Positions 20,577 to 30,440 of a stretch of 64,000 bases of DNA are shown piece after piece. Every line of letters begins with the position of its first letter. Within the stretch, counting starts at the first letter, position 1. A program made the translations under genes and the position numbers. Source of the stretch: Bdellovibrionota bacterium. GTDB lineage: Bacteria > Bdellovibrionota_C > UBA2361 > JBGSMV01. The notes below the pieces were generated by a model. It was given only the letters and a program-made list of their open reading frames with translations, did no database searches and was not told where the DNA came from. The DNA is taken from NCBI GenBank assembly GCA_041739995.1, contig JBGSMV010000059.1:32001-96000 (forward strand), in the 5' to 3' direction.

Positions 20577-21582
20577 CGGTGTCTCTGTCGCTATTTGAAA
20601 GGGCTTGTTTTCGACGGTTCCCCCTGGCGGGCGAGCCAGACTCAAACGACACTCGGAAGTCGCCTTCCGGCGACGTGCCTGAGGTATACGATGCTTTTGG
20701 GATCCATACCGAGCTTATGACTTCCTTTAGAGGAGTGGGCAATTTTTCAGGAGTCTTCACAAGTTCCCCGAGGACCTTTCGAGTATCAGCCTGAAGTGGC
20801 CCAAGGAATGCCCCGAACGGTCCTATCATACCGCGGAAATGGCGCTCACGAGCCGCACCAAGAATAAGTGGCGCGGAACTAGAAGGAATCACCGTAGTGC
20901 CGAGCTCATACCCGCCGAGTAGTTTAAGCGACGCCCCTTGAGATGGACCGTTCGTTGACTCGGCAGCACCGAGATAGAGCCCAAGATAGCGCTGCTCTGA
21001 AAAACTCAAGGCAAGCAAAAACCAGTCTCGAGAATTTATGTCAATTGCGGGGAAGTCATACCACTTTCCGGTGGTACCTTCGTCACCCCAGAAAACCATA
21101 GGGCGGAGAGAGACATCGTCGCGCTTGAGTGCAATGGCATAGCCATTATTAGGTAGCGGGGTACCTTCATACTTTGAAAGCAATACTAACTGCTCCCCTG
21201 GGGAAGGTAGACGCTTTAAATTCATCCATACGGTCAGAAGAAATGGCGCGCTCTTCGATGGGTTCGCTACAAGCCCACCCTCTAGGCTCACATAGGAACC
21301 TTGTGAAGAAATGACAAACGGTTCGGAAAACAGCTCCTTAGAAACTTCAGAAGAACTTTTTGACCAAGGAAAAAATTGCCACGGAAATTGAAGGAGGCCT
21401 CCGACGTGCAGTGCGCCGGATAGGGGAATCGCGAAGGCTAGGAGGAACCCAACTCCGAGCACCGCCCAGTGCCATACCGCAAGTCCAACGCCAGTATGCC
21501 CAGTGCCAGTATGCCCGGTGCCAGTGTGCCCAGTGCGGGTATCGCCGCGCGTCATTCGAATATTGCCCCGTGCCTGTTGCAT
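20560..21582 (-). CDS. Membrane-anchored LamG/concanavalin A-like domain protein
   Basis: N-terminal TM helix and beta-sandwich-like motifs (LTVWMN, WFLLALSF, PLILGA...FRGMIG). Start possibly 21555. Confidence 0.65.
   Translation of the reverse strand: MQQARGNIRMTRGDTRTGHTGTGHTGTGHTGVGLAVWHWAVLGVGFLLAFAIPLSGALHVGGLLQFPWQFFPWSKSSSEVSKELFSEPFVISSQGSYVSLEGGLVANPSKSAPFLLTVWMNLKRLPSPGEQLVLLSKYEGTPLPNNGYAIALKRDDVSLRPMVFWGDEGTTGKWYDFPAIDINSRDWFLLALSFSEQRYLGLYLGAAESTNGPSQGASLKLLGGYELGTTVIPSSSAPLILGAARERHFRGMIGPFGAFLGPLQADTRKVLGELVKTPEKLPTPLKEVISSVWIPKASYTSGTSPEGDFRVSFESGSPARGNRRKQALSNSDRDTDGKKV
21491..21535. repeat. 15-bp tandem repeat x3 (encodes TGHTG repeats)
   Basis: CCAGTATGCCCAGTG / CCAGTATGCCCGGTG / CCAGTGTGCCCAGTG. 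Confidence 0.9.
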
Positions 21583-21793
21583 TCGAAGAAATTCCTACTC
21601 ACTTCACCTTCCCGCGCTAGCGCCACTGTTCTCGAGCGTCTCGATCTGAGAGCTGACTCTCTGACGAAAAGCTCTTGAAATAGCGGTGTGCAGGTTGAAA
21701 CCGATGGAGGCTCCACGCGACTCTCTGATGGACACCAATTGGGCGCCCAATCAGAGCATAAAACTCGCAGCAGCATCAGCGAGAAACGAGCTT

Positions 21794-22399
21794 CTAGCTC
21801 GCTTCAGAGTCCGGTGCTGGTTCGGCTGCAACAGATTGCTCCTCTGCTGAACCTTCCGTTCCCTGACCCGAATCCTCAGCGCGAGCCTTTTTCGAACGCC
21901 TTGCGCGACCGCTAGGTGCTCCCTCAGCGCCCTCGTCTGAGATTGCGGACTTAACAACATCGGCACGGACAATAACTGGGACCGAAGCCGAAACTTCTGC
22001 GTGAAGCTTAATTTGTACAGTCGACTCACCGGCGCGCTTAATTGGCTCAGGAAGACGGATCTGGCGACGGTCGAGCTCAACCCCCTTTTCTTTCAACTGC
22101 GCTTCGATGTCTCGAATCGAGATGGAGCCGAAGCTTCGACCGCCCGCGCCAATCTTGATGTTGAATTCAAGCACCATCGACTCGAGGGTTTTGGCGAAAT
22201 CAGCCGCTTCACCGCGAAGCTTCACTCGTTTAGCGTTGATTGCTGTGAGTCGGTGCTTCAATACTCGCTGGTTACGAGAGGAGGCTTCTACTGCGATTCC
22301 TTGAGGAATAAGGAAGTTTCTTCCGAATCCTGGTTTTACCTTTACTCGATCCCCGACATAGCCGAGTGCGTGAAAGTTCTGCTGTAAAATAATTTCCAT
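21794..22399 (-). CDS. rplI: 50S ribosomal protein L9
   Basis: MEIILQQ...LGYVGDRVKVKPGFGRNFLIPQG, with a long charged C-terminal tail. Confidence 0.95.
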   Translation of the reverse strand: MEIILQQNFHALGYVGDRVKVKPGFGRNFLIPQGIAVEASSRNQRVLKHRLTAINAKRVKLRGEAADFAKTLESMVLEFNIKIGAGGRSFGSISIRDIEAQLKEKGVELDRRQIRLPEPIKRAGESTVQIKLHAEVSASVPVIVRADVVKSAISDEGAEGAPSGRARRSKKARAEDSGQGTEGSAEEQSVAAEPAPDSEAS

Positions 22400-22553
22400 A
22401 TCTAACTCACCAATAAATTCGAAGTTCCTGAGCCTCGTTGTTCTGCTGCGTTCATGAGGAGCGCGAGGTAATAACTCTCTCAGCAAAGCCTGGTTCGTGA
22501 CACTCGTTCGCAGGGCTCGCTGTTACTGAAACTACTGTTCGACCGAAGTCCTC

Positions 22554-22916
22554 TTAGTCTGAATCGCTATCAAAGCCAAAATCATCGGCGTTGGCTGGAC
22601 GACGAGATTCTCGCACTTTGCGAACGCGATCGCTTATGCGATGCGTCTGAAACTTAAGAATGTGCTCATTGATTCGAAGCAATGACGTCATCTCGTCAAC
22701 CAGTTCGCTGGTGTTGCCTTCGAAATGAACCGAGACGTAACTGCCAACGGATTTCTTCTTCATCCGATAGCCAAGCTCTTTCTTACCCCAACGATCTGAG
22801 CGAATCGACTGAGCCTTGTGAGACGTGAGCTGTGACTCAATCTTAGAAACCTCGGTCTTGAGGTCGCCCTCAGAAAGATCCGGATTCATGATCAAAATGG
22901 TTTCGTACTTTCGCAT
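22554..22916 (-). CDS. rpsF: 30S ribosomal protein S6
   Basis: MRKYETILIMNPDL...WGKKELGYRMKK. Confidence 0.93.
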   Translation of the reverse strand: MRKYETILIMNPDLSEGDLKTEVSKIESQLTSHKAQSIRSDRWGKKELGYRMKKKSVGSYVSVHFEGNTSELVDEMTSLLRINEHILKFQTHRISDRVRKVRESRRPANADDFGFDSDSD

Positions 22917-23237
22917 AGCTAAACTCATGTATTACTTTCCTATATCTGCGTGTCTCGCGTTCCTGCCACACACCCTAAGAGCCAAACACTCAAAGAGTCG
23001 ACCGAAGGATGCCAGCGAAGCTAGCCCATCCAATCTAGTAGGGTAAGGTCTCGGCGCACCGATTGCTCCTGGACCCAACTGCTCCTGGACCCAACTTAAT
23101 GCAGGATCCATTTGCCACAGGACAACTCAGACCTGCGACGGCAAAGAAGGGACGACAGGCGGGATAGTACCGGAAGCTTCCGAGGCGATCAATGATCCCA
23201 ATAGGTTGAAAATGAAAGAGTTTGAGGCCGAAATCGC

Positions 23238-23972
23238 CTATTTTGGGTCGGTCTCTGTCGAGTCCTTAGGTGAATTTGAGCTGCGAGGGGGCTTCTCCCT
23301 ACCTTGTGTTGTCGGAGCGTGATGCAGTCTTTGAGCTGCGGCGAGCCCTTTCAGGATAAGTGAAGCGGTGGCCTGGCACGCCTCAGCAAGCATGGTAGGC
23401 AGAACGTCTCTCTGCACTGGAGGGAAATCAGAAAGAACCCAGTCGCTTACCGAGTCGTGCCTCTCCTTAGTCACCGACTGCGTGGGGCCTGCGTTAGAGT
23501 CAGAATCCGAGCTTAAAAGGGCGTCAGGGCGCCCTACTCCGATGCGAATACGAAAATAGTCCTTAGTGCCAAGTGACTCGGACAAGGAACGCAGGCCGTT
23601 GTGACCACCCTCTCCGCCTCCTTTCCTGAGTCGAACGGTGCCAAATGGAAGGTCTATCTCGTCGTGAGCTACAAACACATCATCCGGCTTTATCTTGAAA
23701 AATGAACAGAGCTCGGCCACCGCAGCGCCACTTCGGTTCATGAAGGTCTGGGGCTTAATGAGTATAATCTTTTCTGGTGCGGAGGAGCCCTCAAAAATGC
23801 TGACGTCGGCCGTTTCCGCTTGGAAGCGCTGGCGCCAAGAGGAATCGAAACGGCAAGAGTACGGAGCGGAAAGTCCACTTGCTTCAAGGGAGTCTAAAAG
23901 CATGAAGCCTGCGTTGTGGCGAGAACGCGAATACCGAGCTCCGGGATTTCCAAGTCCAACAAGAACTTTCAT
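23238..23972 (-). CDS. pth: Peptidyl-tRNA hydrolase
   Basis: VGLGNPG, RHNAGF, KPQTFMNRSG, HDEIDL and GGHNGL motifs. Confidence 0.96.
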   Translation of the reverse strand: MKVLVGLGNPGARYSRSRHNAGFMLLDSLEASGLSAPYSCRFDSSWRQRFQAETADVSIFEGSSAPEKIILIKPQTFMNRSGAAVAELCSFFKIKPDDVFVAHDEIDLPFGTVRLRKGGGEGGHNGLRSLSESLGTKDYFRIRIGVGRPDALLSSDSDSNAGPTQSVTKERHDSVSDWVLSDFPPVQRDVLPTMLAEACQATASLILKGLAAAQRLHHAPTTQGREKPPRSSNSPKDSTETDPK

Positions 23973-24044
23973 TGGGGTCCCCGATCGAGGAAAACGAATG
24001 GCTGTTTTAGCGAAACAGAGTGCGCAATAGAGAGCGGAGCAGAG

Positions 24045-24107
24045 TTTGCGACAGTGCGAAGTCTTTTCGCGACACCGTGAAGTCTTTTCGCGACACTGTG
24101 AAGTCTT
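24045..24107. repeat. 21-bp tandem repeat x3
   Basis: TTCGCGACACNGTGAAGTCTT units between rplY and pth; the first copy is degenerate. Confidence 0.9.
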
Positions 24108-24332
24108 AAAGCATCACCGCTGAGGATCGTTACCTTAGTCTGAAGACAACGCTTTCTCACTGGAACTTGTTCTCCGTAGCGCCCCTACTCCAAATCCTTA
24201 TGCCGGCGCAGTGTCAATCGCGCACCCCATGGAGGAGCACTTCGAATGCGCTCGCGTCGTCTCACGCTCAAATTAACGCATGCCTAGTCCAAAATCGAGA
24301 TGTCGAATTTCCAGGGGTATCGAGCGTCTTGG

Positions 24333-25010
24333 TTACTTCTTTTCCTTCTCTGGAGTAGCTGCTGGAGATGCTGCTGCTGCGTCCCCGGCAGGAGCCGCGA
24401 CTGCGCCTTTAACTGCTGCGGCCGCTGCTGGTGCTTCTTCGACAACCTGTCGAATTGCTACAACGCTGACGATAGTTTCGTCTCCGTCCACCTCAAGTGT
24501 TACGCCTTCAGGAAGTGGCAACTCACGTGCGTGTATGCTGTCACCAATCTTCAACTCAGAAATATCAAGAACTACTTCCTCAGGGATAAGTCTGGGCAAG
24601 CAGCTGACGCTCAGTTGATGGGCAGTGATGGAGAGAATGCCGCCTTCGGTTTTCACACCGTAGGCTTCGCCGGTGAGCCGAATTGGAATTTCAACAATGA
24701 TTGCCTCGTTCTCACGAAGGGCTTGAAAGTCGATATGAAGAACCGAGCCTGAAAGATGCTCGCGCTGAATTCCCTTGACGAGCGCCTTTCTTCCATTAAG
24801 TGCAGCGATTTCACTTTTTAGAGTAAAAATCTGAGAGCTTCTAGAACGGCTTGCTGCAGTGACGAAAGCCTTAGTGGGAACCTGAGCAGATACAGATTGC
24901 TCGCCACGAGCGTAGACGATTGCAGGCAAGAATCCATCGCGACGAATTCGCCGACAAGCGCTGCTTCCTGATGACTGTCTCGGATGAACATCTATCTCAA
25001 TGACTTGCAT
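24333..25010 (-). CDS. rplY: 50S ribosomal protein L25/Ctc
   Basis: RRIRRDGFLPAIVY, LHIDF and Ctc C-terminal domain; prs-rplY-pth synteny. Confidence 0.95.
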   Translation of the reverse strand: MQVIEIDVHPRQSSGSSACRRIRRDGFLPAIVYARGEQSVSAQVPTKAFVTAASRSRSSQIFTLKSEIAALNGRKALVKGIQREHLSGSVLHIDFQALRENEAIIVEIPIRLTGEAYGVKTEGGILSITAHQLSVSCLPRLIPEEVVLDISELKIGDSIHARELPLPEGVTLEVDGDETIVSVVAIRQVVEEAPAAAAAVKGAVAAPAGDAAAASPAATPEKEKK

Positions 25011-25153
25011 ACAAACTCACAATTATCGTTCTGTCTAAATTTTCGAACCGACAGTGTCACCGCTAAGCGCACGATCTGATTCGTCGCTACAGGCCCAACG
25101 CCGTGTTGCAATGCTCCCGTTCTGCGAACGAGGCACGACAAGAGTGGCGCACC

Positions 25154-25193
25154 TCTGGTGCTAGCCTTCACTGTCTGGTGCTAGCCTTCACTG
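25154..25193. repeat. 20-bp perfect tandem duplication
   Basis: TCTGGTGCTAGCCTTCACTG x2. Confidence 0.9.
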
Positions 25194-25416
25194 ACTGCAT
25201 CCTCTCAGAGACGAGAGTATAGAGCTCGCTGGGTGAAGCATCGGACTCTGTAGAATGGCGTAAACAATCATAATTTGGGCACTTGGTAAAGAGCAGCGAC
25301 AAAAATCCGTATAGCCTAGCGCCTCCTACCCTAACGCTGCGAGTGAGCCATGGCTCAGTATCGCCGAGTCCCCACGCGCAACAGCAGGACTCAGGCGCTG
25401 GTGGCGAGTCTAAGTA

Positions 25417-26367
25417 CTAATGAAATAGGCCACTTACGGAATCGTCGCAATGAATGCGCTTAATCGCTTCAGCCACCAATGGCGTTACGGATAGTACCGA
25501 AATCTTCTCGTTCGGTGATGAACGTGCGATGGGAATCGTGTCACACACAACCAGTTCGACAAGAGGAGACTCTGCTATTCTCTCGGCAGCGCTTCCCGAA
25601 AGAACAGGATGAGCACAGCAGGCAACTACACGCTTAGCTCCTTCCATCAGAAGAGTTTCAGCCGCCTTCACTAGGGTTCCGCCGGTATCAACCATGTCAT
25701 CTACGATGATAGCGGTCTTGCCTGCCACCTCTCCGACTACGTTCATCTCTGCGATTTGATTTGGGCCAGAGCGACGTTTGTCGATCACCGCAATTTCAGT
25801 GTTATCGAAGCGGGTGGCGAGAAGTCTAGCTCGCTCAACCCCTCCCATATCGGGTGACACGATTACTCGCTCCTCATTGCCATATTTCTCTCTGAGGTAC
25901 GGAAGAAGAATCGGAAGCGAATTGAGGTTATCTACCGGGATATTAAAGAACCCCACAATTTGACCGGCATGTAGATCTACGGTCAGGACTCTATGTGCAC
26001 CTGCTGTGGTAATGAGATCCGCTACAAGCTTTGAAGTGATAGGAACTCGTGCTTTGAGTTTGCGGTCCTGTCGCGCGTACCCAAAGTACGGAATAACCGC
26101 AGTTATGCGCCACGCCGACGCGCGCTTGAGCGCATCGATCACAATCAGGAGCTCCATGAGATGGTCGTTGCCAGGAGCGGAAGTGCTTTGTACGACGAAA
26201 ACGTCACGACCACGCACGTTGTCGGCGATCTCGACGGAAAGTTCGCCATCACTGAAGCGCACCACCTCGAGGCGACCCATCTCAAGCGAGAGCAGGTCAC
26301 ATACGGACTGGGTAAATCTAGGAATTGATCTTCCGGAGAATACTCTAATCTCTCGTCGGCTCGACAC
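25417..26367 (-). CDS. prs: Ribose-phosphate pyrophosphokinase
   Basis: FSDGE, PYFGYARQDRK, DLHAGQ and VDDMVDTGGT motifs. Confidence 0.97.
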   Translation of the reverse strand: MSSRREIRVFSGRSIPRFTQSVCDLLSLEMGRLEVVRFSDGELSVEIADNVRGRDVFVVQSTSAPGNDHLMELLIVIDALKRASAWRITAVIPYFGYARQDRKLKARVPITSKLVADLITTAGAHRVLTVDLHAGQIVGFFNIPVDNLNSLPILLPYLREKYGNEERVIVSPDMGGVERARLLATRFDNTEIAVIDKRRSGPNQIAEMNVVGEVAGKTAIIVDDMVDTGGTLVKAAETLLMEGAKRVVACCAHPVLSGSAAERIAESPLVELVVCDTIPIARSSPNEKISVLSVTPLVAEAIKRIHCDDSVSGLFH

Positions 26368-26644
26368 TAGTTACCTCGCGGAAAAAAGTCCGTGAAAAAA
26401 GTCACGTCGATCTAAAACCACTCTGGAGACGAAAACAAGGCTATCACGATATTTAAACATTGTCCTGCCCCTGGACTTCCTAATTCGCCGATAATTTCTT
26501 TGGCGGGCGAAGAAAAACTCTCTCAGTCGTATTGACCGCAGTCCCAATTTCAGGAAAGCCCGCTGGAATGGTGTATGAACGCGCCCGAAGGCGCGAAGCG
26601 GGTCCGCGAAAATACAAGCAAATTACAAAGGGAAAGTTCATGAG

Positions 26645-26716
26645 TTGGCCGGGCAGGGTTCGAACCTGCGTATGACGGGATCAAAACCCGTTGCCTTACC
26701 ACTTGGCTACCGGCCA
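26645..26716 (-). tRNA. tRNA-Gln(TTG); CCA not encoded
   Basis: Minus strand TGGCCGGTAGCCAAGTGGTAAGGCAACGGGTTTTGATCCCGTCATACGCAGGTTCGAACCCTGCCCGGCCAA, U1-A72 pair, usual ispE-tRNA-Gln-prs position. Confidence 0.96.
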
Positions 26717-26832
26717 GTACGAGCGAAGAAGCCTGTACAATCGAAACGGTACAAAGACCTTCAATAAAGATCAATTCCGTATATCAGGTAGTTTTGGTTC
26801 CTGCGAGTTCTACTGTCTGAATACTTCGGCTT

Positions 26833-27780
26833 TTATGCCGAAAGTTCGGTAAGTAGCAGCTTTGCCCCAAAACGCTCCGCTACTTTTTGGATCGCAAGCG
26901 CTTGGGAAGAATTCGGCAGGTCTAAATTCAGCGCGTATAGGGCACTACCGCTGCCTGTAAGGTGCAGTTCCAGGTCGCACTCCTCCAGAAAGACCGCGCG
27001 CAGCCTGTTTAGCTCGGGAGAAAGTGCCTCGGCAGCGGGCAAAAGGTCATTGTGAAGAAGGGGCCTTGCCGCTTGTGCCGGCGTCATAGAGCGACACACC
27101 TCGTTCAAACCGCGCTGAGCCACAGCCATTCTGCCGGAGAAATCAGTTCCTTCGGGATTGAGCTGCTTGAATCTGGCATACACCGCAGGAGTAGAAAGCG
27201 GCCACGGCGGGATGACCAGCATCACCGGCGAAGATTCAAAAGGGGCAGAAATAGATGATAGTTGCTCCCCAATGCCCCCTACTCGACAGGCGCCACCACG
27301 GACGAAATAGGGCACATCGCTCCCAAGCGAAAGCGCGACCGCCGAAAAACGCGGGTCGTCGACAACTATTCCTAGTGTCGTCGCTAGAAATCTCAGAACT
27401 GCTGCGGCATCACTGCTGCCGCCCCCAAGGCCAGCACCGCAGGGGATATGTTTTATAAGTTCAATCTCTACCGAAGCCTCAATCGCAAAGCGATTGAGAA
27501 ATTCGATGGCGGCGCGAGAGGCGAGATTGCGGGTGGGCTCAACGTCCTGTGGAGGAAGAGAAACGGAACTCGAGGGCGAGAGAGTCAGACGAACACGCGC
27601 GGAGCAACCTTTGGTGACCCTAACAAGAAGGCGATCGCACAGACTGAGGGTGCAATTAAGCATCTCCAGTAAATGAAATCCGTCACTGCGCCGACCTACG
27701 ACATGCAGAAGTAGGTTCAACTTAGCCGGCGCGCGTACTTCAGCTTCGACCGCCTGCGTCGTAGTTTCTAATCGTGACAT
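26833..27780 (-). CDS. ispE: 4-diphosphocytidyl-2-C-methyl-D-erythritol kinase
   Basis: APAKLNLLL, KHIPCGAGLGGGSSDAA, LGSDVP and LTGSGS motifs. Confidence 0.96.
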   Translation of the reverse strand: MSRLETTTQAVEAEVRAPAKLNLLLHVVGRRSDGFHLLEMLNCTLSLCDRLLVRVTKGCSARVRLTLSPSSSVSLPPQDVEPTRNLASRAAIEFLNRFAIEASVEIELIKHIPCGAGLGGGSSDAAAVLRFLATTLGIVVDDPRFSAVALSLGSDVPYFVRGGACRVGGIGEQLSSISAPFESSPVMLVIPPWPLSTPAVYARFKQLNPEGTDFSGRMAVAQRGLNEVCRSMTPAQAARPLLHNDLLPAAEALSPELNRLRAVFLEECDLELHLTGSGSALYALNLDLPNSSQALAIQKVAERFGAKLLLTELSA

Positions 27781-27862
27781 GCTAAAGCCTTACGCACTGA
27801 AAGAATCACGGGCACATATCCCCGCGTGGACTAAATCAATATCTTCCCCTACTCTGGTCTCG

Positions 27863-28696
27863 ATGGTCGCCACCAGAGACTTTTCTGAAATTCTTACCTT
27901 CGCTACGGCCCTCGCGAAAAAGGCGGGCGAAGGCATAGTCCGCGCTCGAGAGAATACTGAGTTCTCTGTTTCTGAGAAACATGTTCGTGACTTGGTCACG
28001 ACAGCCGACATTGAGGCAGATGCGCTGATTACCGGAGCCATTCGCTCGCGCTTCCCGGACCACGCCATTCTCTCAGAAGAAAGCTCTCCAACCCTTCCTA
28101 TAGACTCACTTCGCCGTGGTCATTTGTGGATAGTTGACCCAATCGACGGCACCGTCAACTTCGCCTCTGGCCAGCTGCATGTAGGGGTTTCAATTGCATA
28201 TGCGCTCGACGGCGTGGTGCGTGCGGGGGTGGTATATGCTCCGTTTCTTGATGAAATGTACACCGCATCAAAATCCGGAGGTGCCTTTTGCAATGGAGCA
28301 GCCATTCGTCCCTCGTCCAATGCGTTGCTAGTACGCGCACTAATTGCGACCGGGTTTCCCTATGATCGCACTGAAATTAGAGAGATCTTGTGGCGCGTCG
28401 AGCAGGTGCTTACGCGCGCTCAGGATCTTAGGCGTCTGGGAGCAGCCTCTATCGACACATGCTGGGTGGCTCGTGGGCGCTTAGACGCCTACTACGAAAA
28501 CGTAGCTCCGTGGGATATCGCTGCTGGAGGGCTAATTGCGCGCGAGGCAGGAGCGATCGTAGGAACGCTGGCGCATTCAGAGAAAAATGCGGCGATGCCT
28601 GAAGATCTTCGTTCAGAGCAGTTCATTGCCTCATCACCGACGCTGTTTGAGGAAATAAAAGCGCTACTTACTTCCGGGCCAAAGGTCACCTGCTAG
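27863..28696 (+). CDS. suhB: Inositol monophosphatase family protein (SuhB-like)
   Basis: DLVTTAD, WIVDPIDGTVNF and PWDIAAG motifs. Start moved to ATG 27863 to avoid head-to-head overlap with ispE. Confidence 0.9.
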   Translation: MVATRDFSEILTFATALAKKAGEGIVRARENTEFSVSEKHVRDLVTTADIEADALITGAIRSRFPDHAILSEESSPTLPIDSLRRGHLWIVDPIDGTVNFASGQLHVGVSIAYALDGVVRAGVVYAPFLDEMYTASKSGGAFCNGAAIRPSSNALLVRALIATGFPYDRTEIREILWRVEQVLTRAQDLRRLGAASIDTCWVARGRLDAYYENVAPWDIAAGGLIAREAGAIVGTLAHSEKNAAMPEDLRSEQFIASSPTLFEEIKALLTSGPKVTC

Positions 28697-28778
28697 GCAG
28701 CGCCTCTAGCGCACGGTGTAAACGCTCAGTGTAAGCGCACCGAGTAAGCACATACAATGAAATAACGGGTAGAAGCGA

Positions 28779-29627
28779 CTATCCCTCTTCCGACTCTTCC
28801 GAAATCTCGGACTCATCATCGGAGCTCTTCTCTCGGGTTGAGAATCGGCGCTCTTCGCTTTCCTGGTCTGTTTTACAATCAATGCAAAGTTGCGCTACTG
28901 GCCGAGCCTGCAACCGTGGAAGCGAAATGGGTTCGCCACACGACTCACATGCCCCGTAGGTGCCTTCCGTAATCTTAGTAAGTGCCAGCTCAATCTTCTT
29001 GAGCAAGTAGCCTTCTCGCTTGCCGATCTTCTGCAAGCTCGCTTGTGTCATCTCAAGAGAAGCAATGTCGGCCGCGTCACCGCTAAGAACGGTGGTGTCG
29101 AGCTGCTCTTCAGAAGAAGCGCTCACTTCTTCAAGGTGCCTAAGAAGCTTTATCTTCTCTGAGAGAAGGATCTCCCTGAGAGCTTCGATCTCTTTCTTCT
29201 TCAAGGGAGCAACTTCTGGACGCGGTGAGACTCTGTCCTCCCCTGCACTTGCCCGCTCGCCCGGAGTATCCACCCAACGCGATTCAACTCTCATTTGAAT
29301 CTTAGAATGAATTTTAGGTGGGCCGATGACCTTTGGCGCGGCGCTTACCGGAGCGGTCATTGCCTTGCCAGCTACTGCCTTGCCTTTGCCTGCGAGTTTG
29401 CTTACCGCGCCTTTGGCGCCAATTGCCTTATTGCCTGAAGGCTTGTTGCCAGCGCCTTTAGGTGCTGGCTTTCCGGACTTCGTTTTCGATACGGGGGTCT
29501 TTGCTTTCACGGTTACCTTACTTGATACCTTTTTGCCCGAACGCGAGCCGGACTTTGATACTGATTTTTTTGCGCCAGACTTTCTGGGCTTTGCACTGAC
29601 GGAGATTTTTCTCGTTTTTGTTTTCAT
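28779..29627 (-). CDS. dksA: DksA/TraR C4 zinc-finger protein with Lys-rich N-terminal extension
   Basis: Coiled-coil tip DAADIA (DxxDxA) and CESC...CIDC zinc finger. Confidence 0.85.
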   Translation of the reverse strand: MKTKTRKISVSAKPRKSGAKKSVSKSGSRSGKKVSSKVTVKAKTPVSKTKSGKPAPKGAGNKPSGNKAIGAKGAVSKLAGKGKAVAGKAMTAPVSAAPKVIGPPKIHSKIQMRVESRWVDTPGERASAGEDRVSPRPEVAPLKKKEIEALREILLSEKIKLLRHLEEVSASSEEQLDTTVLSGDAADIASLEMTQASLQKIGKREGYLLKKIELALTKITEGTYGACESCGEPISLPRLQARPVAQLCIDCKTDQESEERRFSTREKSSDDESEISEESEEG

Positions 29628-29942
29628 GGACCTACGCACCGCCTTTGAAGATTACCCCTTCTAAAGATTAGCTAAGAGCGGCCAAGAACAAGTGGGGACG
29701 ATTCTCATTTTTCTCATTCGTAACGAGCGAGATCCGAACAAGTTGAAAAAATAAACTTGCGCAAAAAACTCTCTCGAAGAGCGAGAATACCTCGTCACCG
29801 ACCTCCTTCATGACGCGTCTCAACCTGGCTGGGAGACGAAGTTCCTGCCAAATGGATTTCCTGCCAAATGGACACTGACCGCTCGTCAAGTAATTAAAAC
29901 AAACGACTCGAAGCCGAATACCGCACAAGTGCACTTCGTCGC

Positions 29943-29978
29943 CGCGGACTCTACCAGAAACGCGGACTCTACCAGAAA
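29943..29978. repeat. 18-bp perfect tandem duplication
   Basis: CGCGGACTCTACCAGAAA x2. A second pair, TTCCTGCCAAATGGA x2, lies at 29842-29872. Confidence 0.9.
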
Positions 29979-30268
29979 CTTCGTTACTTTCCAGTATATC
30001 TAATGGGTCTTTACCCCCTCTATCGCAGCGCGCGACTCTGAGCCGCAGCGCGGGATACTATACTGGGTCTTGCCGATGGGCCACCACGTTAATAACAAAT
30101 CAGGATCGAAAACAGCTAAAAAGAGCTTAGTTGCCCTTTTTCGAGTATCCCCTCTGGAACCAGGCCGGCCTGTAGTACGAGGTACCGGGGGCGCATCGAG
30201 CTCCAAGAAAGCGAGGGCAGCATGATCGGCGGGAGTCTAATGTCCCGAATTTCAGGGTTCAAGTGGAA

Positions 30269-30298
30269 TTGACAGCCTAGGAAGTGCGCCCCTAGACT
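30269..30298 (+). promoter_or_regulatory. Candidate sigma70 promoter for the carboxyltransferase gene
   Basis: TTGACA-18 nt-TAGACT about 140 bp upstream of 30441. Confidence 0.5.
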
Positions 30299-30440
30299 CC
30301 CTCCCTAGGGTTAAATTTACGCCGTGAATGCGTTCTTTGTTTATTTTACATAATGCGTGAATTGGGGTGGTGGGCTGAGATTCCCGCACGGTTTCACCTA
30401 GTAACGGCAATCCCCTACTTCAATAGGACACTTATTTCTC

